Origin: Podarcis pityusensis
Lineage: Eukaryota
Assembly (NCBI GenBank): GCA_964106645.2
Contig: OZ067040.1
Length of the DNA: 64,000 bases
Strand: one strand, 5' to 3'
Below are positions 1 to 10,800 of the stretch, piece after piece (within the stretch, counting starts at the first letter, position 1; each line of letters opens with the position of its first letter). The notes under the pieces are model-generated. The model had not been told where the DNA came from. It saw only the letters and a program-made list of their open reading frames with translations, and ran no database searches. A program made the translations under genes and the position numbers.

Positions 1-1131
1 CAAACAACAATTCAGTCCCGGCACAACGTAGACCTCTTGCTCCTCCTGTAAAGGAGAAAAAAGACATGTTAGCCACAGCAGAAACCGACTTTCTCATTCC
101 GTCTGCTAACATCACAGTTGTTCCTGTTGAAAACAGCCCTGCAGTTCCGCATTTCGCCAGCAGGCTCGCTTAGCAGGTGCTGACCAACAGCAGTATTCAA
201 AACCCAGTGTGTCACCGTGTCCTGGCTGGAGTTGTTCTTCACAGTTGCCATAGAAGCAGTGATAAGAAAACAACCCTCCCCAGCGTCTGAACCACGTCTT
301 TCCCTTGCGTTCCCACGCTGGCCTCCTCTCCGAGACTGGTTCCCATGGGAACTCAGCTGGTTGACCTTGGGACCTTCCTGCCCAGCTGTCTCCGCTCTCC
401 ATGGGCAGCAACGACGAACTCCAGTGGAAAAACACTGCCCGGGGCTCCTCCCAGCTGGCTTGGCCCTCCTTCTCCGGAAAAGCACTCCTTGCCAGCTCCG
501 CCCCCTCTGGCCTGGCACCCACTGCGGCTTTCTGGGAACCTGCTTTGTTGACATTCCACTCCAGCACGCACAGTGGAAAACTTTTACACTTGCCTTTGGA
601 ATCCTTCGCCCCCCCGATCTGCTCACTAGCACTCCTTGAGGCTAAAACATCAGGAACAGGGGCACCAGCCATCTCCAGGCTTTTCTCAATACTTCTCCGG
701 GGCTCTGGCCTCCTGCTGAAGCTTCACAGCACATCCCAGGCAGCCCTTGCTGACTTTATGCCCTTGCCCAACGTCTTAGAGTGAGCTGTTCAATCGGAAC
801 GTCCTCCAAGACCTGGCCGCCTGCCATAGTCTTCCGTTCTCCCAAGGGGCCCCAAGCTGTACTCACAGATTACAAGCTCCTCCGGCACCCATCCGTGGGG
901 AAACGATTTTCCAGCTGCTCTCAGCTCCCAGCACTCAGCTCTCAGCACAGGCAAACCTCTGTGTCTTTCAGCCAGCTGCTCTCAGCTCCGCAGCTCTCCT
1001 TTGCCTCTTAACACCAGGCAAAAATCTCCGCTGCGTCCTGCCGGCTTTCTCTGCCTTAGACCGCAGACTTCAAACGCATTCCGGCACTTCAAAGCGTTCC
1101 TGTGACAGTTTTTACGATCGGTGATTAAGCA

Positions 1132-1140
1132 CCCATAACC
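1132..1140 (-). promoter_or_regulatory. Copia-type primer-binding site complementary to tRNA-iMet nt 31-39 (half-tRNA priming)
   Basis: GGTTATGGG immediately follows the LTR terminal CA; it is the reverse complement of CCCATAACC in the iMet anticodon arm. Confidence 0.8.
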
Positions 1141-1295
1141 TGTTGAATTGATTTATTGCTGAGGCGTGACTGGAGAGCTACTGGAGACGGAGCTGAGTGG
1201 CGCAGCTCGGAGGAAGCGCGCCGGGCATAAAGAGCTAATTGTGGATCGTAAATCAATTAGCGGGGGTCACGCCAAACCAATAAATCAATTCAACA
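1141..1295 (-). repeat. 155-bp 5' LTR of the copia element (TG...CA) with 30-bp imperfect terminal inverted repeats
   Basis: Begins TGTTGAATTGATTTATTG and ends CAATAAATCAATTCAACA (18/18 inverted, 27/30 when extended); abuts the PBS. Confidence 0.8.
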
Positions 1296-2234
1296 GTTTG
1301 CACTTTAACTACCTGTAGTTTTTAATCTAAGGACTCAGCTATACAGCTGCAAATAAAACAGTGTTTTAAGTGCAATATACAATGTTACACTAGATAGCGA
1401 TAGTGAGCCTTATGCTAAGTTCAATGTATTTTTAAAAATGTTTTCTTTTTTTAAAAAAAAAAGCATTTTCAGAACGATTTTTATATTTGTGTAGATTCCA
1501 CCTAAGTGCCCTGAAATGTATCCATACCAATATTTATTTGCCCCCAAGTATTTAAAATTTAATTCTCAAATCTGAGCAAATGCTTGGTGTTAGTAAAGTG
1601 GCCGATGACCACTTAAATCAAATGTAGCAACACACTAAAGCACATGTATTATGCAATCACATTCTATGAGAATCCTCTTATTCAGATTAGAATAAGAAAT
1701 GTGCCAGAGAACAATACCCACAATATTCAAGAGGCTACTTATATCCCTCAATGCAACTATGCCATTGTCTCCCCAACTAACAGGAAGAATCCCAGATCCG
1801 TAACAAAAAAGACAACACTGTAGATGCATGCATATGTTAATAACCTGAAACAATTCATTCTGAAAACCTAGAACTTAATTCAGCTTGCATAAACTTTAAA
1901 CATTAACCTTCACTGAAGTTGCAGAAAACCACCTCAATGATCTTTGTTTACTAAGGTAGCTGGTGACCACAGATATATTTTCTAGTGCTTACAAGAAAAT
2001 TGAAATTGTATTTGACAAGAGAAGTCAACGTGTCACACCTGTACACAACCAGCTGTCCTGTATACTACACCATTTCTACCCCTATTTCTAGGACCAGAAA
2101 AAAGTTTTTCCTTAAACTTCCAGCATTTGGCTTCATTGGATGGTCAAAATTATAGAATTAGAGTTATTCTTCCTACCATACATGATTTTCTACATCCTTA
2201 TCATCACTTCTTGGCTTTTTGGGTAAGATCAAGT

Positions 2235-3095
2235 GTACTCACCTCTTTTCTAAAATAAAGAGCCTGAATGTTGTTAAGCTTTCCTTATGCACTTGTTGTT
2301 CCAGTCCCATGATCCAATTTGGTTGCCTTTTTCTGAACCTTTTCCAACTTGAGGTGACCAAAACTGCACACAGTATTTCAAGTGTGGTCTCACCAGATAT
2401 GTATAACATTATATTGACAGTTTTAAAGATCCCGAACGTGGACATCACTTTTGCCATTTGGTTCACGCTTATCCTCTATGTGTCTCATTTCTGGCCAGTC
2501 ACTGAAAATTCAGGTCCCATTAGCATATACTTTGAATTGTATTTGCCATCTTACTGCCCATTCACCCAGTTTGGAGATCCTTTTGGAACTGCCTGCAATT
2601 CTTTTTAGCCACATTGAACAATTTGCTATCAGCAGCAAACTTGGCTACCTCCCTGATCAACCCAAACGCTAGATCATTAATGAATACATTAAGAAGTACA
2701 GGTCCCATATTGATCCTTTGGAGTCCCCCACTGGGAGAACTGTCCATTTATTCTTACTCTGTGCTTCTTGCTACTTAACCAATTCCTGATCCATAAGAGG
2801 ACCTCTCATTTCATGTCTGTTACGCTTACTCAGGAGTCTTTGGTGAGTTACTTTATCAAAAGCTTTTTAGAAGTTTTAAGTACACAGTATCAACCGGGTC
2901 ACCTCAACCGATATGCTTGTTGACACTCTCAGAGAACTCTAGAATGTTGAGACAGGACTTACCCTTGCAGAAGTCATGCTGGTTTTGTTTCAACAACTCT
3001 TGTACTTTTATATACCTCACAATTCTATCTTTAATAATGCTTTCCACCAATTTTCCTAGAACAGATGTTAAGCTAACTGGCCTGTTATTTCCCAC
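2235..3095 (-). mobile_element. CR1 LINE fragment (reverse transcriptase region, degenerate)
   Basis: Minus ORFs read GNNRPVSLTSVLGKLVESIIK...NQHDFCKGKSCL and LGPVLLNVFINDL...KFAADSKLF, typical CR1 ORF2 motifs, with stops and frameshifts. Ends approximate. Confidence 0.88.
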
Positions 3096-3629
3096 ATCCC
3101 TCCCACCGCCAAAAAAAAAAAGTTGGCTACTTTATAATCCTCAGAGTGTGTCTGATCTTATTTTTGTTAAAAGACCAGCAATTTAACATTTGAAATCTTT
3201 TAAGAAATGCCAGGTAGATGCCACCCAGACACTGTGATTAGTTAATTTTTGTTAATAAGGGCAATCCCTTGTCATCACAATTTGTTTCCGTTTTACCACA
3301 TTGTCAATTCATGTGCATAGGCAAACTCTTACCATCTTGCTATTCAGTATCGTTTTCTACTGTAATGCAATTTTCACATTGAACTGTCTGAACTAAAAGA
3401 ACTTCTCTCAACATGAACTAACATCAATTAAGTTACCCGTTACATTTTTAAACTATAATTCTATCAGTAAAATGAAGGCATTTAGAATTAAAAAAAAAAG
3501 GTTTTTCCCCTTTCCTTTTGGAGCATTCTTATACATGAAGTAGGAGTTTCAATCCAAGTTTGTGAGGGGAAAAGCATAGTCATGGTAGGTAATATGGATA
3601 AGAAAATAACAAGAGATTGTGGTGTAATG

Positions 3630-3764
3630 CAGGGATGGCCAATGTAGTACACCTTCCAGATACTGTTGGACTAAAACTCCCATCAGCCCCAGAAAGCATG
3701 GCTTTTGGCCAGGGATTATGGGAACTGTAACCCAACATCTGGAAGACATTGGATAACACCAGTG
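3630..3764. mobile_element. Palindromic MITE (ggactacaactcccatca-type squamate repeat), degenerate
   Basis: Inverted arms ccagatactgttggactaaaactcccatc...atgggaactgtaacccaacatctgg; related copies at 26727, 50437 and about 60420. Confidence 0.65.
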
Positions 3765-3789
3765 TGGAAGAGATACCTCCTCAGCTCTG

Positions 3790-5498
3790 GGACTTCCGGG
3801 TTGGCGCCATCGCCGAATGGCGGACTCCCTCCGAGCTCCGGAGGGAGCCTGCTCGGCAGGGGCTGGGTCCTACCGCACCGGCGATGCGGGGACCCTTAAA
3901 AACCACGGCCACGAGGGCCGTGGACATGGAGACTCGGCTGGCACCGTCAGCGCCCTCCCGACTCGTGAAGGAGCCTTTTTAAAGGCTACGGATCGGGTGC
4001 CGGGGAGAAGCGTGGTGCTTTGAGTCCTCTGCTATCCCTGCCGAGCGCAGCCGCATGCCATCCGGCGGAGAGCGCTGACTTCTTCCATTGAAAATTCGGA
4101 CTTTTTAACAACAACCCGTGAGTAATTTGGAAACTGGGTTTAAAAGGAGGGAAAAAAAAGAATTTCCTTTCGATTTGGACACGAGCGGGGGGGGATCCAA
4201 AAAGGAAGTCAGTCCCCCCCCCTATTGTAAACCTTCTAAGACAAGGACGGGGAAACCAAGGTCCAAAAAGATTTGTATTGCTGATAAAACCTAAGAATTC
4301 CACGATGGGAAATTATAAGAACTGTGCTGGAGGACGAATTGAGGGAGAAGAAACGTAACCCCCCCCCTGGGAACCGGGGTGATTGAAGAGAGAGCCTGGT
4401 GAAAAGAGTCGGAGATTTTGACAGCTGTCAAAGTAGCTGTCAAAGTCGGAAAGCAGAGAGGATTTTATTATGAGAACTTTGCTGGCTAAATTTGTTACAA
4501 TTTGCTACAACTTTTTAAAACTTGGATACAAAATGGCGAAAACATGGATAACAATCGGACTTTTGGACTAGAGAAAACAAAGTTACAATAATCCCCCTAG
4601 AGGAGTTTCGGGACATTACAAAGATGGTTGTAAGTGGAAAAATACCATTGGAATTTTATAGAACTGGTTATCTTCTGGGAAAGCTGCAAAACGGAAATAA
4701 TATTTTGTCTACAGGGTGTACAGCTAAAGGAGACAATAGAATTTTCTATTGAAGAAAGGAAGGGACTGAACGCAAGTTTTTGTTCCTGAATAACAATAAT
4801 CCCTGCAGACTTACTAAGCTTCTGAATTAGAACGTTTCAGCAGCGGAACAAGAGGAAACTGGACTACAATTTGGAAAGAACAATGGGGGGAGCTTTATTA
4901 AAGATCTGAAGCTAAGTGCTTTAAAAAATAAATTATGTAAGGGAAAAAACAAAAAACAAACAAAAAAAAAAAAACCAGCAAGGAGTTGGGGGAAAATAGG
5001 TGATTTATGGATTGTAAGAATTCCAGGCGGATAACATGGTTTGGTGGTCAGGGGGAAATTAAACCGGGGACAGAGGGGGAGAACTAAAATCCAAAGGCTT
5101 GTCAATTTCTTTCTTTGAACTGGTTTTGTTTCATCTATTCTATCTTTTATTTCTTATTTCTGATATTTTTATTATGTGGGGAGTCTTTATTATTAAAAAA
5201 AAAAGGGAAATTGTGGAATAAAAATGGGGTGGGCCCTGGGAAAGAAACTTTTGGCTTTTTATTAAGGGTATTGATGAGGAGTGTAGAAATTTTAAATTCG
5301 AACAATGGTCTAAACAAATTAAGTTTTTAATCAGAATTGAGAGCTTGTGGAGCCAACAATATGAAACAGGAATATGATAGGGGTGGGGGAAGGGGGGAGT
5401 CCCAGAAAGTGGATATATGAAAATAAGGTTCTGAATGTATTTTAACTTTTTACTTTCTGTATTTTTGAAAATTTTAATAAACATTATTTTAAAAAAAA
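3790..5498 (+). mobile_element. 1.7-kb non-autonomous L1-type retroposon, apparently full length
   Basis: 22-bp TSD AAGAGATACCTCCTCAGCTCTG (3768-3789 and 5499-5520); CpG-rich 5' end GGACTTCCGG...ATGGCGG; AATAAA plus poly(A) at the 3' end; no long sense ORF. Confidence 0.82.
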
Positions 5499-5669
5499 AA
5501 GAGATACCTCCTCAGCTCTGAAGCTCATTGGGTAGCCTTAATCTAGTCACCATTTCTTAGCTCAATATACCTCATAGAACTGTTGATTATTATAAAATGG
5601 ACAGAAGAGAGAGCCTGTAACTCCTTGAAGGAAGGATAAAATTGGAAGAAATATCAGATGAAACCAGTG

Positions 5670-5675
5670 TTTATT
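5670..5675 (-). terminator. Candidate ZNF318 poly(A) signal
   Basis: AATAAA on the minus strand followed by U-rich sequence, 2.2 kb past the stop codon. Other AATAAA hexamers lie near 6217 and 6521. Confidence 0.35.
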
Positions 5676-7875
5676 GGATTTCACTGGAATAAGTTATGAG
5701 AGGCAGAAAATGTTTACTAAACTTACTTCTTTGATCAAAACCACGAATCCACAGATGTGTGCAGCTGCAACAGCAGTGTGACCTCTACTGCACCTGTTGA
5801 TATTCCAAGCAAAGAAAGAAGCATGTCTTTGCTGCCCCACCACCTGAAATCCTGTTCATATATACTATCATGCAGAGTACAGAACTGTAGCAGCAGAGTT
5901 GGCTTCCGAGTTGTCAGTAACCTATGGATACAGACAAGCAAAGCAACCACAATCCCACCTCTTCCTTTATGCTATCTTGCTTCTGATATTGGTAATGGTG
6001 GTTTCTAGCAGCAATTCCTACTTTTGTACCTGTGTAATGTTCTGGGTCAGTACAGAAGTGCTACTGCAACAGTGCAGGCTGAACAACTGATAGCACAAGT
6101 TAATTGTATTTCCACCATAAATACTTATTTACTTAATTCAACTGCATTTTAAATTAGCATAAACCCTTTTTCTGTTTTTTAACAGTTCATTCATATCCCA
6201 CTTTACAAACACTAACTTTATTTGTGGACATCTTTTAAAACATAATGGGGGGAAAACCAGAAGTTTTCAAAGCATTTTTACCATACTGTTTTCTTTTAAA
6301 ATTGAAAGAATGTAATTTACACACCGTGTTTAACCTGCTGAATATTTAAGCAAAGTTTTCTCATAATGCTGCATAATTCATGGCTTGATTTAATTTCCAG
6401 TGTGGTGAAAATGGGAAATTAACTGAAGAACCAGTTGTCTGAATGTTCACAAAAAACAACTTGTAGAACCACTTATTTAAAGAACAAAGGGGAAAATGGC
6501 AATATATTTTATATATTGGGTTTATTTTAGATTTACAGATAAACCTTTTATATAGATCCATGCAAACGTTTACTTCATATCTTGACAAGCTGAATAAGTG
6601 AAAAACCTTCACAAAACAGTATTTTGCGGCTCAGGGGTTCATTCAGGCATGTAATGTCTGGGTATGTGAAGTGAATCCAATCCTGAGAGCAAAGTTGAGA
6701 TCTTCTATTTCTTCTGAGCTGGGCAGCTGCTAAACAATTCAACACAAACAGTTACTGCATTACAATACAATGAAATGAAATGTGATTTCAAATCATGTAA
6801 GTGACCTCAATATGCAGAGTCCAGTTGTTGGGCCACAGCCTTACCAAATAGTTTCCGTCTCCAAAAGTGAGTTGGTAGATTTTTCTTCTTTGCTCAGCGA
6901 GATGATATCCACACACACAGTAACATGGCATTACAGTCTGGATTACAGATTCAATTCAACAACGTAATTACAAGTCAAAACTGCAGAACAATCTTTATGC
7001 ATTTTACATTTTGTGCAACAAAACATGCATAACATTTCAAATAAACTTTCTGCTCAAATATTTCAGCAAGAGCCTTCTTTTTTCTTCAAGTTCTGAACAG
7101 GTTTTCTTGCGCTTGTCACTGTTGCACTTGGAATGTTACTTACAAAAGCTGTGTAAATCAGAAACCATTAAAATAGTCAAAGAAAAATGCAAAAAACCCC
7201 ACAAAACCCATATATGCCCCAACAGCAAGAAACCCTCCAAAGGCCCACATACCCACTGGCTGCATTCCCACAAAATGCCAAACTACTGTTTAAGCATTAC
7301 AAGGAAAATCTGCAGCAAGCCGTGAGCTCACTTGCTACCACCTTTTTCCACCAGTACAGTCATGACATTTGGAAACTTTCACTTCCATTTTAGACCAACT
7401 GTAGCTTAGCTTGTCTTGCTGTCCATATCCAGAGAAAATGCAGCTGGTCCTATGGTTGGTGGAAACAAGCCAACTTCATATCATAATTTATGAAGCTTAA
7501 GATTAATCACAGTTTGTGTTTCAGACATCATGTGAAACTGTGATTAATGCAACGTTCAATTTCCTCACAGTCACACCAGGAGAGGTAAAATGAAGTGTAC
7601 AAGCTAAAGGTTCACTGTTACGCATTCTGATAATGCTAAACCATGGTTCTGTATTATATGTGAAGGTCAGTTATAGATGAGTAATTGCATTTTAACTGCA
7701 AGAAATAGAAATGAAATGTTCTAAGTTCAACAAAAAAATGTTTATACAATCCAATATGTACAAGGGTGTATATCTTTCAGGGCAAATGAAGTTCAGGCTT
7801 TAGCAAATATCTACTTCAAAATATCTAACATATCAAACTCAAACAGAGTATTTACAAAATCTACACAACAGCTAC

Positions 7876-10800
7876 TCAAACATCAGGATCAATATTATCT
7901 GAACTTACCAGGTACTCTGCAGAGCTTTCAGTTACTTCTGAAGTCAACTTACTGTTAATCTCATATCTACTATCATTATTTTCCACTTCATCTGTCTTGT
8001 TTAACTCCCTTGCAGATGCCTGCATCTCATTCTTGACAATGTACAATTCGTTGTCACCTGAGCCCCCCACTTCTACAGATGTTTTCTGTAGATCTAGAAG
8101 GAAGGATTCCTTGCACTCAGTTGCTTGGCATTGCACATTTTTTTCGTCGCTACTCAATGGTGGCATATCAGAAGTGCTGTCTCTGCTAACATCTGATTGC
8201 AATACCATGGAAATTGGAGGCATGTCCTGCATTTCGATGAGTGACATGCTTGGTCCAGCAGTGCTACCATTTGATGCAGGAGACACTATGTCTGGGACAA
8301 TTACATCAGAAACCAAGGAGCAAAATTTATCCTCTTCCTCACCAGATGCTAACTCAACAAAAGCAATCATTTCTGGTTCAATTGTAGGTTGCTCAATGCC
8401 CAATTCTCTAGTTTTGTTGGACCCTAAAGAAATGGATGAAATGGTTTCTAACTTTGGACTCCCTACAATATCCTCATTCAGAATTTCAGATGGTAGGATG
8501 CCCAGATGTTCACGTTCTACCTCAATATCTCCCAGACTAAAATTAATGGTTTCTATTTCCAGGCTTGGTTTCAATCTAGGAGAATCATTAGGCTTTATTT
8601 CTCCAGACTTTGGAGAAGGGGTTGTAGAATGATCAAAGTTAAGTTCTGAATAAGTGCTATTCAAGTCCAAGTCACCAGCTGCTGAGGTATCCAAGATCCC
8701 AGTGTTCATGTCTGTGAATGTAAGGGCTACCTCTCCAAGATGCTCAACACTGATTTCTGTTGGAAGAGCACCTAGTGGTTCTTGAACCATCTCTGGCTGA
8801 ACACTGGAAAAGTGAGTGCTATATGTTTCTACAGAACCTCTCTCTGCATTGTCATTTAAACTGAGATCAGATTCAGAAGGCCCACACCCATTATTTTTTA
8901 TAAACATTAATTCTGCACTGGAATGAAGTTCATCATTTGCAGAAGACATACTGCCCAAAGTTTCAGCTCCCTTAGCTTGGGAATCCTTGGTTTCACAGCT
9001 TAATGGATGTTGACTAATTTCTTCATGTTTCCCTAGTGTACTGCTTATCATTGTTACGTTAACAAGGCACTCATTTGACATCTCTTCTGATACTGGAACA
9101 CCAACTACATTACAATTTTCATCATCGTTTGGTTGAGAACTAGTCAACAATTTTTGTTCATTATTTATACAGGAATTATTAAATTCATCTGTATTTAAAG
9201 GCTTCAATCCAGGATCTATGTTCTGGACCTCTGAAGTCTGCGGACTTTCATCACTGACTGCTGATTCAAGCCTATCAAGGCCCACATTGCCCCATTTTAG
9301 ATCCAATAATGGTTCTTTATTGGAACTCTGATCTATCATTGCTATTTGAGGATTTTCCTTATTCACTTTTGAAGATGAGGCTGGCTCCCATGCCAGTGGA
9401 CTCTGAACACGCACCTCTGAAACCCACATAGAAATTGTTGATTCAGAGCTGTCATCAAGTTGCTTATCTTCTGTTATAGTATGGCCTTCTCCCTTAGGGG
9501 TATCAATTTGTGTTTCAAATAACCGAGACTCATGCTCCTGACTAACAACAAACTGATGTCCTGCAAATTCTGTATGTTCTCCTCCTACATCTCTCTCACC
9601 TAAACTTGTCAAATATGCTTTCATCTCCAAACTTTTACTGATCTTGTTTAATTTGGATTTATCCATTTTCTGCTGGTCTTGTAACTCGTCGCTGATGTCT
9701 GTGCCACTTGCCACACCAACATCTTCAGCAGTAAAGTCAGTCTCATTTTCTGCCATTTGCATTATTAACTCTTTCTTACCAGGAAATTTAAACTCTGCCA
9801 TCTCATGCCCCAGAGGTTTATTGCTAACATCTTTTAGAAGAGCCTCTTGGTCTTCTGACAATTGCAGTGCTAATTCTTTATCATCAGGAGATTTATACTC
9901 TGCTGCCCTGCACTCCAATGAATTCTGGCAAAATTCTTCCAAAGAAGTATTGCTTTCTGGCAACTGCATGGCTAATCCTGCTGTCTTAAATTCAGATCGT
10001 TTCTTGCTAACATCGTGCTCTTTTAAAAGAGCAACATGGTCTTCTGACATATGTAAGCCTAATTCCTTATCATCTGGAAATTTAAAGTCTGTTGTCTCAA
10101 AGTCTGCAGGTTTGTTGCTAAAATCATCCAAAGGAAAAACACTGCTTTCTGACAACTGCACTGTTAGTTCTTTATCGTCGGGAGATTTAACGTCTGTTGT
10201 CTTAAGGCCTGTGGGCTTGTTGGTAACATCATCCAAAGGAGGAACACTGCTCTCTGGCAACCGCATAGCAAATTCTGCTGTCTCCAGTTCTGATGACTTC
10301 TTATTATCATGTTCCTGTGACAACTGCATTGCTGATTCTTTATCATCAAGAGATTTAAACACTGCTTCCTCACACACAGATGGATTCTTGTGAAGTTCTT
10401 CCAAAGGAGAAGCATTGCTTTCTGGCAACTGCATGGCTAATTCTGCAGTCTCCAGCTCTGATGGCTTCTTGCTAACATCTTCTAAGAGATCAACATGGTT
10501 TGCTGACAATTTCATTGCCAATTCTTTATCATCATCAGATTTAAAATCTGTTGTCACAAGATCAGCGGGTTTGTTGCTAAAGTCATCCAAAGAAGGAACA
10601 CTACTTTCTGGCAACTGCAGCACAAATTCTGCTGTCCCCAGCTCCGATGGCTTCTTAGTACCAGGTTTCAGGGATAACTGCATTGTTAATTCATCATCAT
10701 CATCATGAGATTTAACCTCAGCTGCCTCACATACTGAGGAATTCTTGTAGAGTTCTTCCAAAGGAGAAGCATTGCTTTCTGGCAACTGCATAGCTAACTC

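Larger units (their letters stand above)
1..1295 (-). mobile_element. Decayed Ty1/copia LTR retrotransposon, 5' part (LTR, PBS, compressed gag, inactivated protease); continues past the left window edge
   Basis: Minus strand: LTR 1295-1141, PBS GGTTATGGG 1140-1132, ATG at 827 (MAGGQVLEDVPIEQLT), gag-like GIKSARAAWDVL*. Protease-like HWVLNTAVGQH...TTVMLADG...EVYVVPGLNCCL is broken by frameshifts. Confidence 0.8.

Noticed and set aside
69-784. Overlapping 127-187 aa ORFs on both strands
   Set aside because: Frameshifted pieces and shadows of the decayed copia gag-protease, not a host gene.
1191-1260. A standalone tRNA-iMet gene or pseudogene
   Set aside because: The anticodon arm is disrupted, the 3' acceptor strand is absent and it is embedded in an LTR; reported as a finding instead.
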